Source of the DNA: Dehalococcoidia bacterium
Lineage (GTDB): Bacteria > Chloroflexota > Dehalococcoidia > Bin125
NCBI GenBank assembly: GCA_963662615.2
Contig: CAXXSR010000002.1
Location: forward strand, 288,001-352,000
Reading direction: 5' to 3'
DNA length: 64,000 nucleotides
The notes beneath the pieces were generated by a model, which did no database searches, had not been told where the DNA came from, and was given only the letters and a program-made list of their open reading frames with translations. This document shows positions 34,883 through 45,241 of the stretch, in pieces. Position numbers and translations under genes: made by a program. Within the stretch, counting starts at the first letter, position 1. Every line of letters starts with the position of its first letter.

Positions 34883-34893
34883 GTCGCTACTTT

Positions 34894-35286
34894 CTAGACC
34901 CGACGCCGCTTGCGCGGGCGGCAGCCGTTATGCGGAATTGGGGTCAGATCGCGGATGCTGAGCAGGGTGAGTCCCGAGGCCTGGAGGGCGCGCACCGCCG
35001 CTTCGCGGCCACTTCCGGGCCCCTTCACGTAGACGTCCACCTCCCGCATGCCGTGATCCATGGCCCGGCGAGCGGCCGTCTCTCCGGCGATCTGCGCCGC
35101 GTAGGGGGTGCTCTTGCGGGATCCCTTCACGCCGGTGGAGCCGCCGCTGCTCCAGGCCACGGTGTTTCCTTGCGAATCCGTGAGCGTGATGATGGTGTTA
35201 TTGAAGGTGGACTGAATGTAGGCGCGACCGCGGGGGACATTCTTGCGCTCTCGTCTGCGGCCTCGTCTGGGTTCTTGCGTGACCAT
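34894..35286 (-). CDS. rpsK: 30S ribosomal protein S11
   Basis: STFNNT, PHNGCRP. Confidence 0.97.
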   Translation of the reverse strand: MVTQEPRRGRRRERKNVPRGRAYIQSTFNNTIITLTDSQGNTVAWSSGGSTGVKGSRKSTPYAAQIAGETAARRAMDHGMREVDVYVKGPGSGREAAVRALQASGLTLLSIRDLTPIPHNGCRPRKRRRV

Positions 35287-35298
35287 GGGCGCCGTTCC

Positions 35299-35679
35299 TT
35301 ACTTTCTCACGGCGCGGCGCCGACCCGCCACCGTCTTGCGCGCGCCCCGGCGGGTGCGGGCGTTGGTACGGGTTCGCTGGCCGCGGAGCGGGAGGTTGCG
35401 TCGGTGGCGCTGCCCGCGGTAGCTGTTGATGTCGATCAAGCGCTGAATGCTCTGCCGAACCTCTCGGCGCAGGTCGCCCTCTACTAGGTAGTCGCGCTCA
35501 ATGATCTCGCGCACCCGCGTGATCTCGGATTCCGACAGTTCCCGCACGCGCCGCTCGGGGTCGATCTGGGACTTACGGACGATCTCCCGCGCGCGTGTGC
35601 CGCCCACCCCGTAGACGTAGCGCAGGGCGAAGGGCAGTTTCTTGTTGTCGGGGATGTCCACGCCGGCGATGCGCGCCAT
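35299..35679 (-). CDS. rpsM: 30S ribosomal protein S13
   Basis: MARIAGV, GQRTRTNARTR. Confidence 0.97.
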   Translation of the reverse strand: MARIAGVDIPDNKKLPFALRYVYGVGGTRAREIVRKSQIDPERRVRELSESEITRVREIIERDYLVEGDLRREVRQSIQRLIDINSYRGQRHRRNLPLRGQRTRTNARTRRGARKTVAGRRRAVRK

Positions 35680-35689
35680 GCGGCTCTCC

Positions 35690-35965
35690 TTAGTTCTTGA
35701 AGCGGTAGGTAATGCGGCCGCGGGTGAGGTCGTATTCGCTGAGTTCAACCAGGACGCGGTCGCCCAAGAGGATCTTAATGTAATGCATTCGCATCTTGCC
35801 GGAGGTGTGGGCCAGCACCTCGTGCTCGTTGGCCAGCCCTACGCGGAACACGGCGTTGGGCAGCGATTCTTTGACCACGCCTTCGACTTCAATCTTATCC
35901 GTCTTGGGCCCGGGCTGGCCCCGCGCCGGCGCGCGTCTGCTGCGACTGTACGATCGTCGAGCCAA
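35690..35965 (-). CDS. infA: Translation initiation factor IF-1 (basic N-terminal extension)
   Basis: IEVEG, LPNA.F, SGKMR, GRITYR; GGAGG RBS before TTG. Confidence 0.95.
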   Translation of the reverse strand: MARRSYSRSRRAPARGQPGPKTDKIEVEGVVKESLPNAVFRVGLANEHEVLAHTSGKMRMHYIKILLGDRVLVELSEYDLTRGRITYRFKN

Positions 35966-35978
35966 GCGTACCTCCCAA

Positions 35979-36752
35979 TCAATCGCAGCGGGTGAGCACG
36001 TCAGCCGGCTGCGCCAGCCGCAGGGCCATGGTGTGCTCGAAGTGGGCTGCGAGTGTGCCATCTTTCGTGACCACCGTCCAGCCATCGCCGAGCTGCGTCG
36101 TCTCCGCGCTCCCGATGGTGGCCATGGGCTCGAGGGCGACGACCATGCCCTTGCGCATGATCATGCCACTGCCCCGCTTGCCGAAGTTGGGCATGCTGGG
36201 AGGCTCGTGCATCTCACGTCCGACGCCGTGTCCGACGTATTCGCGCACGACGCCGTAGCCCGCCCCTTCCAGCACCGCCTGAATGGCCGCGCCGATGTCC
36301 CCTTTGCGGACGCCCACGCGGGCGGTGTCAATCCCCACCTCCAGGGCCTCACGGGTGGCGTCCAGAAGGCGCTGGGCCTCAGGACTGACCCGGCCCACGC
36401 CCACGGTCACGGCGGCGTCGGCGACCCAGCCGTCGACGGTGGCGCCGAGGTCGATGGAGAACAGGTCGCCCTCCTCCAGGATACGATCGGTGGGGAATCC
36501 GTGGACGATCTGTTCGTTCACGGAGGCGCAGATGGTGTAGGGATAGCCCTGGTAGCCCTTGAAGGTGGGGACCACGCCCAAGCGCTCGTACTTCTGCTGC
36601 ACGTGCTGATCCAGCTCGGCGAGGCGGCGACCGGGGCGCACCATAGCCACCAGCTCCTGGAGCGTCTGGGCGACGAGGCGCCCGGAAACGCGCATCAGCT
36701 CCACTTGCGCGTCCGTCTTGAGGATAATCTGGCCGGCCCGGCTCTCTAGCAC
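35979..36752 (-). CDS. map: Methionine aminopeptidase type I
   Basis: SVNE..VHG, GHGVG..MHE, EPM, HFEHT. Confidence 0.97.
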   Translation of the reverse strand: MLESRAGQIILKTDAQVELMRVSGRLVAQTLQELVAMVRPGRRLAELDQHVQQKYERLGVVPTFKGYQGYPYTICASVNEQIVHGFPTDRILEEGDLFSIDLGATVDGWVADAAVTVGVGRVSPEAQRLLDATREALEVGIDTARVGVRKGDIGAAIQAVLEGAGYGVVREYVGHGVGREMHEPPSMPNFGKRGSGMIMRKGMVVALEPMATIGSAETTQLGDGWTVVTKDGTLAAHFEHTMALRLAQPADVLTRCD

Positions 36753-37405
36753 GAGGGCTGCACCCTCTCTACGGCCGCCAGCAGGTCCCGCCGGACCCGC
36801 TGGGGCGGCAGCGCGCCGTTGATGCGGACCAGCTTGCCGGCCTGGTCGTAGTAGCGGATGAGCGGCGCCGTCTGCTCCTCGTAGACCTGCAGGCGCCGGA
36901 TGATCGCCTGGGGCTGGTCATCCTCCCGCTGGACCAGGCGGTCGCCACAGCGATCGCAGCGGCCGGGCGCCCGCGGTGGATCGTTTTTCTCGTGGTAGAT
37001 GGAGCCGTCCCGCGGGCAGCTCCAGCGCCCGCCCAGACGCGCCTGCAGTGCCTCCAGGGGCACTTCCAGAAGCAGGACCGCGTCCACCTGCTGTGATCGC
37101 CGCGCGAGGGCGCGGTCCAGCGCTCGAGCCTGCTTCAGCGTGCGCGGGAAGCCGTCCAGCGTGGCGCCAGCGGCCGCATCCGGCCGATCCAGGCGTTCCA
37201 GGAGCATGCGGATGGCCACGTCGTCGGGGACCAATTCGCCTTCGTTGAGGGACTGTTTGATCAGCGTGCCCAGGTCTGTCTCGTCTCGCACGTGTTCGCG
37301 GAAGAACTCTCCGGTCGAAATCAGAGCAAGCCCCTTCGCCTTCGCGAGATGCGCGGCCTGCGTGCCTTTGCCGGCACCGGGCGGGCCGAGCAGGATCAGG
37401 TGCAT
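36746..37405 (-). CDS. adk: Adenylate kinase
   Basis: GPPGAGKGTQ, DGFPR, QREDD. Confidence 0.97.
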   Translation of the reverse strand: MHLILLGPPGAGKGTQAAHLAKAKGLALISTGEFFREHVRDETDLGTLIKQSLNEGELVPDDVAIRMLLERLDRPDAAAGATLDGFPRTLKQARALDRALARRSQQVDAVLLLEVPLEALQARLGGRWSCPRDGSIYHEKNDPPRAPGRCDRCGDRLVQREDDQPQAIIRRLQVYEEQTAPLIRYYDQAGKLVRINGALPPQRVRRDLLAAVERVQPSC

Positions 37406-37408
37406 AGC

Positions 37409-39163
37409 TTAACGGATGAATCCCTCATAGTGCCGCATGAGCAGCTGCGCCTCCACCTGCTTCATAGTGTCCAGCGCGACGCCCACCACGATCAATAAGC
37501 CCACGCTGGAGAGGGTCAACGAGCGGCTGTCCGGGATGAACTCCGTGGTCAGAAACGGGACGATGGCGACGAAGCCCAGGAACAGGGCGCCGGCGAAGGT
37601 AATACGGAAGAGGACGCGGTTGATGTAGTCCTGCGTGGGCCGCCCCGGCCGGATGCCGGGGACGAACCCGCCCTGCTTCTGCAGATTCTCCGCCAGATTC
37701 TGCTGCTGGAAGGTGATCAGCGTGTAGAAGAAGGTGAAGATCACGACCAGGAGGAAGGAGAGCGCCCAGTAGAGCGGGCGGCCGGGCGAAAAGTTGGTCT
37801 GCACCCAGTTCGCGGCGCGGGCGATCCAGGCCGGCCGCTCGCCCACTGTTTGTCCTTCCACTTCGGGCGTGAAGGCGCTGTCGGGCTCATCGAGATGGGT
37901 AGGCACCCGGGTGGCGGCGATGAAGGTCCCCTCAAGATCTTCGAGCTGGATGAGCTTCGATCCGAGATCGTTGTTCTCCACGGTCCAGGTGGGGAGGAAT
38001 TCGCCGGTGGTCGCGTCCAGGCGGGTCTCGACGAACGTCAAGACGTCGGCGTCGCTGTCGCCGTTGATGCGATCGAGCACGTCGCCGAAGGTGTCGTCCG
38101 CGGCGGCATAGCTGATCTCCGCGTCGTTGACGCGGAAGCGGCCCTCCGGGCTGATCGCGGGGAACGCGTCGACGAGGAGGATGTCCTCGGTCTCATCCTC
38201 GGCGAAGGGGACTTCGACCAACGCCTTGGTGCTGGCGTCGTCGCCGCCGGCCACGGCGCCCTCAATATAGCCGGCAATGACGGAGGGGAAGATGATGATG
38301 GAGAAGGCGAATATCAGCGGGATCATACCGGCGCTGTTGACGCGCAAGGGGATATAGCTCTGTCCGCTCTGGCGATACATGCGCCCACCGCGAAAGACAC
38401 TGCGGGCGTACTGGACGGGGATGCGGCGCTGGGCCTCCTGGAAGAAGACGATGAGAGCGATCAAGGCGACGGCGATGAAGAGGACGATGGCCACGCCGCC
38501 GGCGCCGGTGTCGCTGAGGCGAATGGAGTTAAAGAGGGTAGGGAAGCTGGCCAAGATGCCGCCGAAGATGATGAGGGAGATGCCGTTGCCGATCCCCTTC
38601 TCCGTGATCAACTCGCCCAGCCAGATCAAGAACATGGTGCCGGCCGTCAGGGAGATGATGGCGGAAACGGTGGGGAGGGCGTCGGATCCGCTGAAGCCAA
38701 TGCCGGTGATCGCGTTGGCGTTCTCCAGGAGCAGGAGCTGGCCGTATCCCTGCACGACGGCCATGGGGACGGCGGCCCAGTAGGTGTAGAGCTGGATGCG
38801 GTTGCGCCCCTGCTCCCCCTCGCGGGCGAGCGCTTGCAGCCGCGGCACCATGGGCGTGAGCAGCTGCATGACGATGGAGGCGGTGATGTAGGGATAGACG
38901 CCTAGGGCGACGATGCTGAGGTTCTCCAAGCCACCGCCGCTGAAGAGGTTGAGGAAGCCGAGCACCGGGTTGTTGTCCAGGGCGCTGTCCAGCTGCGCCA
39001 ACTGCACGTTGGGTACCGGGATGTGCGCCACGAAGCGAAAGATGATCAGCATGGCCAGGGTGAAGGCGAGCTTGAGCCGGACGTCTGGCTGACGCCAGGC
39101 GTCCACCATCGCTTGGAGCAAGCGTGGTCTAGTGGGACTCTGCGCTGCTTGCGCGCGCTGCAT
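37409..39163 (-). CDS. secY: Preprotein translocase SecY with large insertion
   Basis: LGVYPYITASI, GIGNGISLII, GMIPLIFA, PGIRPG, LLIVVGV; ~584 aa. Confidence 0.95.
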   Translation of the reverse strand: MQRAQAAQSPTRPRLLQAMVDAWRQPDVRLKLAFTLAMLIIFRFVAHIPVPNVQLAQLDSALDNNPVLGFLNLFSGGGLENLSIVALGVYPYITASIVMQLLTPMVPRLQALAREGEQGRNRIQLYTYWAAVPMAVVQGYGQLLLLENANAITGIGFSGSDALPTVSAIISLTAGTMFLIWLGELITEKGIGNGISLIIFGGILASFPTLFNSIRLSDTGAGGVAIVLFIAVALIALIVFFQEAQRRIPVQYARSVFRGGRMYRQSGQSYIPLRVNSAGMIPLIFAFSIIIFPSVIAGYIEGAVAGGDDASTKALVEVPFAEDETEDILLVDAFPAISPEGRFRVNDAEISYAAADDTFGDVLDRINGDSDADVLTFVETRLDATTGEFLPTWTVENNDLGSKLIQLEDLEGTFIAATRVPTHLDEPDSAFTPEVEGQTVGERPAWIARAANWVQTNFSPGRPLYWALSFLLVVIFTFFYTLITFQQQNLAENLQKQGGFVPGIRPGRPTQDYINRVLFRITFAGALFLGFVAIVPFLTTEFIPDSRSLTLSSVGLLIVVGVALDTMKQVEAQLLMRHYEGFIR

Positions 39164-39614
39164 CCAACTCCTTGACGGAGCCGCCGGCGGCTTCGATCTT
39201 GGCCCGCGCGGCCGCAGAGACCTTGGGCGCCTGCACCGCGAGGGGGTGATCGAGTTCGCCGCCGGCAAGCACTTTGAACGGCTCTTCGGCGCTCTTGAGG
39301 AGGCCGGCCTGCACCAGGGATTCGGCGGTCACCTCAGCACCGGCGGGGAAGCGACGATTGAGCGCGATCAGGTTAATGGGCGTGTACTCCACTCGTCGCG
39401 CGTTGGTGAAGCCGCGCCGGTGCGGCATCTTGCGAATGAGGGGCATTTGGCCCCCCTCGAAGCCCACGCGGAGATCCTTGCCGGAACGCGACTTTTGGCC
39501 CTTGAGGCCACGACCGGAATAGGTCCCGGTGCCGGAGGCGTTGCCGCGCCCGATTCGCTTGCGAGGCCGTTGGGCGCCCGTCGGCGAACGGAGATTGTTC
39601 TGGCGTAGCGGCAT
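39129..39614 (-). CDS. rplO: 50S ribosomal protein L15
   Basis: GRG..SG, GQKSRSG, FEGGQMP. Confidence 0.97.
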   Translation of the reverse strand: MPLRQNNLRSPTGAQRPRKRIGRGNASGTGTYSGRGLKGQKSRSGKDLRVGFEGGQMPLIRKMPHRRGFTNARRVEYTPINLIALNRRFPAGAEVTAESLVQAGLLKSAEEPFKVLAGGELDHPLAVQAPKVSAAARAKIEAAGGSVKELDAARASSAESH

Positions 39615-39616
39615 TC

Positions 39617-39802
39617 TCAGTCCTCGATCTCGCTCACCGCCACCAGATGGGAAACCTTGTGGATCATACCACGCACATCGCGAGTGTCGGGCTGCTCCAC
39701 GGTCTGGCCCAGCCGGCGCAAGCCGAGCGATCGCACGGTGTGGCCCTGGTCGGCCTTATAGCCGATCCAGCTCTTGACGTAGGTAATGCGCAGTGTGCCC
39801 AT
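39617..39802 (-). CDS. rpmD: 50S ribosomal protein L30
   Basis: LRIT..KS.IG, LGLRR, GMI.KV.HLV. Confidence 0.95.
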   Translation of the reverse strand: MGTLRITYVKSWIGYKADQGHTVRSLGLRRLGQTVEQPDTRDVRGMIHKVSHLVAVSEIED

Positions 39803-39837
39803 TGGGTCGCGCCTCTCCATTGCGCGGGCGGCTCAGG

Positions 39838-40527
39838 CTAGGCAGGCGAGTTCGGCCCCGTGTCCGCCACGGCCTGCTGGGCGGGCGCCGTCTCCGCAGC
39901 GGGTGCGGGCGGGGCGCTCTCCGCGGGGGGCGGGGCGCCTTCCCCCGCGGCGCCGGCGGTCGCCGCTGCCGTGGGGGTCTGCTCCGGGGCCGCAGGGGGT
40001 GGTGCCGGCAGGCGACCGGCGAGGCGCAGCCGTTCCAGCCGCGCCTCTCGTGGGTCGCGCATTTGACTCAGCCCCACCATGGTGGCCTGCACCACGTTGA
40101 TGACGTTGTTCGAGCCCAGGGATTTGGTGAGCACGTTGCGGACGCCGGCGGCCTCCAGGATGGCGCGCACGCCCCCGCCGGCGATGACCCCGGTGCCGGG
40201 CGCGGCCGGCTTCAGGAGGACGCGCGCGGCCCCGAAGTCCGCGGTGAGGACGTGCGGGATGGTGCCATTGCGCATGGGGACGCGGATCATGTTGCGTCTG
40301 GCGATGGTGGAGCCTTTGCGGATGGCTTCCGGCACTTCGTTGGCGCGGCCCAGGCCCACGCCGACCTGCCCTTTGCCGTCTCCGACGACAACCACGGCCG
40401 TGAAGGAGAAGCGGCGGCCGCCCTTGACCACCTTGGCCACCCGGTTGATGGCGACCACTTTCTCGGTCATGTCGTCGCGCGGGCGATCATCTCGCCCCGG
40501 GCGACCTCGGTCGTACCCTCTGACCAC
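39838..40527 (-). CDS. rpsE: 30S ribosomal protein S5 (Pro/Ala C-terminal tail)
   Basis: [15 protein letters not shown]. Confidence 0.97.
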   Translation of the reverse strand: MVRGYDRGRPGRDDRPRDDMTEKVVAINRVAKVVKGGRRFSFTAVVVVGDGKGQVGVGLGRANEVPEAIRKGSTIARRNMIRVPMRNGTIPHVLTADFGAARVLLKPAAPGTGVIAGGGVRAILEAAGVRNVLTKSLGSNNVINVVQATMVGLSQMRDPREARLERLRLAGRLPAPPPAAPEQTPTAAATAGAAGEGAPPPAESAPPAPAAETAPAQQAVADTGPNSPA

Positions 40528-40539
40528 AGTTGCCCCTCC

Positions 40540-40914
40540 CTAGAAGGTGAGCCCGCCCTTACGGGCCGCCTCAGCGAGCGCCTTGACGCGGCCATGGTAG
40601 CGGTAGCCGCCGCGGTCAAAGACGACTTGGTTTACGCCCAGCGCCAACGCTCGCTGCGCGACGCGGGCGCCCACGCTGTCGGCGCGCGCGGTCTTGCCGC
40701 CGTTTTGCGCGGGCCGCAGGTCGGCTTCCGCGTCGGAGGCCGCGGCCAGCGTGCTCTGCGCGTCGTCATCGACGAGTTGGCAGTAGATGTGGTTGTGGGA
40801 GCGAAAGACGGTGAGGCGGGGCCGCGCGGCGGTGCCGCGGACTTTCTTGGCCACGCGCGCATGCCGGCGCAGGCGCGCCGCCCGAGGGGTCCGCCGTCGG
40901 CGGCGAGTGCCCAT
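40540..40914 (-). CDS. rplR: 50S ribosomal protein L18
   Basis: [20 protein letters not shown]. Confidence 0.97.
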   Translation of the reverse strand: MGTRRRRRTPRAARLRRHARVAKKVRGTAARPRLTVFRSHNHIYCQLVDDDAQSTLAAASDAEADLRPAQNGGKTARADSVGARVAQRALALGVNQVVFDRGGYRYHGRVKALAEAARKGGLTF

Positions 40915-40927
40915 GGGCCGCTCCTCT

Positions 40928-41464
40928 CTAGACCACGCCGCCCTTGCCGGTCTTGCGGCGCACCCACTCGCCCTGGTAGCGAATGCCCTTGCCCTTGTAC
41001 GGCTCCGGGGGGCGGACGCGGCGGATCTCGGCGGCCTGCTGGCCGACGGCCTGCTTGTCGATCCCGCGGACGTGAACCAGGTTCCCCTCCACGGCGAGTT
41101 CAACGCCTGGGTTCGGTTCAATGGGAACCGGGTGCGAGAAGCCGACGCGTAAAACGAGCGTGCTGCCGTTCATCTCGGCGCGATAGCCGGTCCCCTGCAT
41201 CTCCAAGGTCTTGGAAAATCCTTCCGAGACGCCCTGCACCATGTTGTTGATGAGGGCGCGGGTGAGGCCGTGCTGGGCGCGATGCGCGCGCCGATCGCTG
41301 GGGCGGGTCACCAGGACGGTGGCATCCGCCACGGTCACGCGCAGATCCGGCGGATGCTCCCACGCCAGCTCGCCCTTGGGCCCGTGAACGTGCACCGCGG
41401 CGCCCTCAACGGAGACGCTGACGCCGCTGGGGAGCGGAATGGGGAGGCGGCCAATGCGGCTCAT
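40928..41464 (-). CDS. rplF: 50S ribosomal protein L6
   Basis: [13 protein letters not shown]. Confidence 0.97.
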   Translation of the reverse strand: MSRIGRLPIPLPSGVSVSVEGAAVHVHGPKGELAWEHPPDLRVTVADATVLVTRPSDRRAHRAQHGLTRALINNMVQGVSEGFSKTLEMQGTGYRAEMNGSTLVLRVGFSHPVPIEPNPGVELAVEGNLVHVRGIDKQAVGQQAAEIRRVRPPEPYKGKGIRYQGEWVRRKTGKGGVV

Positions 41465-41468
41465 GGTG

Positions 41469-41873
41469 TCACCAGACGTAGCACAGGACCTCGCCGCCCA
41501 CATTTTCGCTGCGGGCGCGATGGCCCGTCATGACGCCCCGCGGCGTGGAGAGGATGGCGACCCCCAGCCCCCCAAAGACGCGGGGGATCTCGCGTCGCTG
41601 CACGTAGACGCGCAGCCCCGGACGGCTGACGCGTTGAATCCCGGTCAAGATGGAGCCGCCCGCCTCACGGTAGAGCAGCTCAATGTCGATCTCCGGCAGC
41701 GGTTCGGCGCCGCTTTCTCGGACTTCATAGTCACGGATGAAGCCCTCCGTGGCCAGCACGTCCGCTATGGCGATCTTGAGCTTGGAGGCGGGAATGCGCA
41801 CGCGCTCGTGGCGCGCGGCGACGGCGTTGCGAATGCGCGTGAGCATGTCCGCGACGGGATCGGTGACGGGCAT
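41469..41873 (-). CDS. rpsH: 30S ribosomal protein S8
   Basis: [27 protein letters not shown]. Confidence 0.97.
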   Translation of the reverse strand: MPVTDPVADMLTRIRNAVAARHERVRIPASKLKIAIADVLATEGFIRDYEVRESGAEPLPEIDIELLYREAGGSILTGIQRVSRPGLRVYVQRREIPRVFGGLGVAILSTPRGVMTGHRARSENVGGEVLCYVW

Positions 41874-41888
41874 ACGGCGCTCCCTCTT

Positions 41889-42440
41889 CTAATTGGTCCG
41901 TGCGAACGGCATGCCCAGGAGCTCCAGGAGCCGCCGGCCCTCTTCGTCCGTGGCCGCGGTGGTGACGATATTGACTTGGAGCCCGCGAATGCGGTCCACG
42001 CTGCCGTAATCGATCTCGGGGAAGACGATCTGCTCGCGCAGGCCCAGGCTGAAGTTGCCTCGGCCGTCGAAGGCGGTGCGCGAGACGCCGTGGAAGTCAC
42101 GGATGCGGGGGAGGGTGGCGTTGATGGTACGGTCGAGGAACTCCCACATGCGGATGCCGCGAATAGTGCAGGTCAAGCCGATGGCGTTGCCGGCGCGGAG
42201 CTTGAAGTTGGCGACGGATTTCGTGGCCCGGGTGACGACCGGGCGCTGGCCCGTGATGGCCGCGAAGTCGGTGGCGGCAGTGTCCAGGGCGCGGGCGTTG
42301 GTGAGCGCCTCGCCGATGCCGGCGTTCACGACCACCTTGGTGACCGTAGGCACCTCCATGGTGTTGCCGTAGCGGAATTCGGTGCGCAGCTGCGGCACCA
42401 CCTCATCGCGATAGCGTTGCTGCAGGCGGGGGGCGTCCAT
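41889..42440 (-). CDS. rplE: 50S ribosomal protein L5
   Basis: ITGQRP, LPRIRDF, FDGRGN. Confidence 0.97.
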   Translation of the reverse strand: MDAPRLQQRYRDEVVPQLRTEFRYGNTMEVPTVTKVVVNAGIGEALTNARALDTAATDFAAITGQRPVVTRATKSVANFKLRAGNAIGLTCTIRGIRMWEFLDRTINATLPRIRDFHGVSRTAFDGRGNFSLGLREQIVFPEIDYGSVDRIRGLQVNIVTTAATDEEGRRLLELLGMPFARTN

Positions 42441-42754
42441 CAGTCCAGGTCCTCTTCGCAGCGCCGGCAATAGCGCACCTTCTGGCCGTTGGGGCGGAAG
42501 CGAAAGCCCATCCGGATGGCGCGGTCGCAGTCCGGGCAGACCACGGCCACGTTGCTCCAGTGCAGGGGCGCTTCGATCTCAATGATGCCCGCCTGGGTGC
42601 CCATGGCGCGGGCCTTCATGTGTTTTTTGACCAGGTTCACCCCCTGCACCCGCACCCGCTCTTGGCGCGGCAAGACCTCGCGGACCTGGCCCCGTTTGCC
42701 ACGATCCTTGCCGCTGAGCACTTCCACGAGGTCATCCTGGCGAATCCGACGCAC
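42440..42754 (-). CDS. rplX: 50S ribosomal protein L24
   Basis: GKDRGK.G, EAPLH.SNV. Confidence 0.97.
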   Translation of the reverse strand: MRRIRQDDLVEVLSGKDRGKRGQVREVLPRQERVRVQGVNLVKKHMKARAMGTQAGIIEIEAPLHWSNVAVVCPDCDRAIRMGFRFRPNGQKVRYCRRCEEDLD

Positions 42755-42756
42755 GG

Positions 42757-43125
42757 CTACACCACCTCCGGCGCCAGCGACACGATCTTCATGTAGTTCT
42801 TCTCGCGCAGCTCGCGGGCGACGGGGCCGAAGATGCGCGTGCCGCGCGGGTTATAGGAGTCCGAGAGCAGGACGGCGGCGTTGTCGTCGAAGCGAATGTA
42901 GGAGCCGTCGTCTCGGCGGAACTGCTTGGCCGTCCGCACGATCACGGCACGCACCACATCGCCCTTTTTGACCTCACGGCCGGGATCCGCTTGCTTGACC
43001 GTGGCCACGATGACGTCCCCCACGCCGGCATAGCGGCGGCCCGTGCCGCCGAGCACGCGGATGCACTTGATCACACGGGCGCCGGAGTTGTCCGCCACGC
43101 GCATGGCGCTCTCTTGCTGGATCAT
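42757..43125 (-). CDS. rplN: 50S ribosomal protein L14
   Basis: [20 protein letters not shown]. Confidence 0.97.
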   Translation of the reverse strand: MIQQESAMRVADNSGARVIKCIRVLGGTGRRYAGVGDVIVATVKQADPGREVKKGDVVRAVIVRTAKQFRRDDGSYIRFDDNAAVLLSDSYNPRGTRIFGPVARELREKNYMKIVSLAPEVV

Positions 43126-43523
43126 GGCTGGTCCTCCGCGGCGGCGGGGGGCTCCTCCGCGGGGCCAGCGGACGCAGGCGTGGGGACGGGCGCGGCCGCC
43201 GCGGGTTCGGACGGCTGGTCGGCGGGTGGCTCCTCCTCCAGGCTGGGTGCGGCGATCTCGCGTGGTTGCACGTCCGCCACTTCATGGCGTTCCAGGATTC
43301 GCACCACGCGCCAGTGCTTGCGCTTGGAGAGGGGGCGGCACTCCTCAATCAGGACCGTATCCCCTCTGAGGCAGTCGTTACGCTCGTCGTGCGCCTGGTA
43401 GCGCTTGCGGCGACGCAGCACTTTCCGGTAGAGCGGATGCGAAACGGTCCGCTCCACCAGGATCACCACGGTCTTATCCATCTTGTCGCTGACGACCACC
43501 CCGGTGCGACGTTTGCGGACCAC
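43122..43523 (-). CDS. rpsQ: 30S ribosomal protein S17 (acidic C-terminal tail)
   Basis: [15 protein letters not shown]. Confidence 0.97.
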   Translation of the reverse strand: MVRKRRTGVVVSDKMDKTVVILVERTVSHPLYRKVLRRRKRYQAHDERNDCLRGDTVLIEECRPLSKRKHWRVVRILERHEVADVQPREIAAPSLEEEPPADQPSEPAAAAPVPTPASAGPAEEPPAAAEDQP

Positions 43524-43526
43524 CGT

Positions 43527-44078
43527 TTACTCCCTCCGTTCCTGCTCAGCCGCAGCCTCGTTGCTGGGCTCGTCGTCAGGGCCGGACTCGTCGGCAGGGG
43601 CCGGCTTATCTTTGGGCTCGTCCACGTCTTCGCCTGCCACGGCGGCCGGCGCCGCCTCCGGGGCCATGTCGTCGTCTGCTTCGTCCGCGGCCTCCGGCGC
43701 AACGGGCTCCGCGGCGGCCTCGTCGGTGGCGGCCTCGTCGGTGGCGGCCTCGTCGGTGGCGGCCTCGTCGGTGGCGGCCTGCTCTCGGGCCGCCCGCTCC
43801 TCCTGGGCCCTCCGTTTCTGCGGCGAGAGCACCGCTGCGGGCGGCTCGGCCAGCGGGGCAATGGGCGCGCCCGCCACGGCAGCGATCTGCCGTTCCCGCT
43901 GTATGGTCCGCAGCCGAGCGGTCTGGCGGCGGGCGCGGCGGATCGTCGTGGGATCCTGGAGTTGGCGCGTGCCCTTCTGAAACTGCAGGTTGAAGAGTTC
44001 GCGGTAGGCCTCGTTGACGGCCTGCGCCAGTTCGTGGTCGCTAAGCGCCCGGGCTTCGTCGGCGGCGGGGTGCGACAC
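43527..44078 (-). CDS. rpmC: 50S ribosomal protein L29 with ~115-aa acidic extension
   Basis: ELFNLQFQ..T.QL, IRR.RR..AR..T; operon position. Confidence 0.9.
   Translation of the reverse strand: MSHPAADEARALSDHELAQAVNEAYRELFNLQFQKGTRQLQDPTTIRRARRQTARLRTIQRERQIAAVAGAPIAPLAEPPAAVLSPQKRRAQEERAAREQAATDEAATDEAATDEAATDEAAAEPVAPEAADEADDDMAPEAAPAAVAGEDVDEPKDKPAPADESGPDDEPSNEAAAEQERRE
43713..43780. repeat. 15-bp tandem repeat x4 (encodes TDEAA) in rpmC tail
   Basis: GGCGGCCTCGTCGGT, four perfect copies. Confidence 0.95.
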
Positions 44079-44080
44079 GG

Positions 44081-44500
44081 TCAGCCTACCTCGCTCTCGC
44101 GCTGCACGAAGCGGGTGTGCAACGGCAGCTTGTGGGAGGCAAGGCGCAAGGCGGCGCGGGCGTCGACCTCCGTCACCCCAGCGATCTCGAAGATGACGCG
44201 GCCGGGCTTGACCACGGCGACCCACTTCTCGGGCGCGCCCTTGCCCTTGCCCATCCGCGTCTCGGCCGGCTTTTGGGTCACGGATTTGTCCGGGAAGACG
44301 CGAATCCAGACCTTTCCGCCACGGCGCACGTAGTGGGTGATGGCGCGCCGGGCCGCTTCGATCTGACGCCCGTCGACCCAGGCGGCGTCCAGCGCCTGCA
44401 GCCCGAAGTCACCGAAGGCGACGGAGTTGCCGGACATGGCGAGGCCGCGGCGGTGGCCGCGGTGGTGCTTCCTCCATTTGACCCGGCGCGGTTGCAGCAT
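44081..44500 (-). CDS. rplP: 50S ribosomal protein L16
   Basis: QIEAAR, RMGKGKG. Confidence 0.97.
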   Translation of the reverse strand: MLQPRRVKWRKHHRGHRRGLAMSGNSVAFGDFGLQALDAAWVDGRQIEAARRAITHYVRRGGKVWIRVFPDKSVTQKPAETRMGKGKGAPEKWVAVVKPGRVIFEIAGVTEVDARAALRLASHKLPLHTRFVQRESEVG

Positions 44501-45238
44501 CTATGCCGACTCGCCTCCGGCCTCCACAGGCTGGGCCAAGGGGGAGGAGGCCGGGGGCGGGACCGCGCGGGCAGGCCCGGTCACCTCCTCCTCCGTCGCT
44601 TTGGCCTGCGCCTGCGGCAGGATTTCGCCTTTGTAGATCCAGACTTTCACGCCGATCTGCCCAAAGAGCGTGCGCGCCTCCACGAAGCCGTAGTCAATGT
44701 CGGCGCGCAGGGTGTGCAGGGGCACGCGCCCGTCCATCTCCCCGGCCCGACGCGACATCTCGGTGCCTCCCAAGCGCCCGCTGATGATGATCTTGGCGCC
44801 CTCCGCCCCTCGCTGACGTGTGCGCTGCACGGCCTGCTTGATGGCGCGCCGGAAAGCCACGCGGCGCTGGAGTTGCTCCGCCACGTTGCGGGCCACGAGA
44901 TACGCGTCCAATTCGGGCACGCGAATCTCCTGAATGTTGACGCGAATGCGCCGCCCGGTCAGCTGCTCGAGCTGGGCGCGCATCTCATCAACCTTCTGCC
45001 CGCCCCGACCGATCACGATGCCGGGCTTGGCCGTATGGATGGTCACTGAGGCCTGATTGGCGTTGCGTTCAATTTCGACGCGGGAGACGCCGGCCTCCTG
45101 CAAGCTCTGCTCAATGGTCCGGCGGATCTTGAGGTCCTCCTGAAGGAGGTCACGGTAGCCTTTGTCGGCGTACCATTGGCTGCCCCAGGTGTAGATGATG
45201 CCAATGCGAAAGCTGGTGGGGTGGACTTTATGCCCCAT
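44501..45238 (-). CDS. rpsC: 30S ribosomal protein S3
   Basis: [24 protein letters not shown]. Confidence 0.97.
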   Translation of the reverse strand: MGHKVHPTSFRIGIIYTWGSQWYADKGYRDLLQEDLKIRRTIEQSLQEAGVSRVEIERNANQASVTIHTAKPGIVIGRGGQKVDEMRAQLEQLTGRRIRVNIQEIRVPELDAYLVARNVAEQLQRRVAFRRAIKQAVQRTRQRGAEGAKIIISGRLGGTEMSRRAGEMDGRVPLHTLRADIDYGFVEARTLFGQIGVKVWIYKGEILPQAQAKATEEEVTGPARAVPPPASSPLAQPVEAGGESA

Positions 45239-45241
45239 TCG

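Noticed and set aside
37832-38260. SecY insertion as an intein
   Set aside because: No N-terminal Cys/Ser block, no His-Asn C-terminus and no LAGLIDADG motif.
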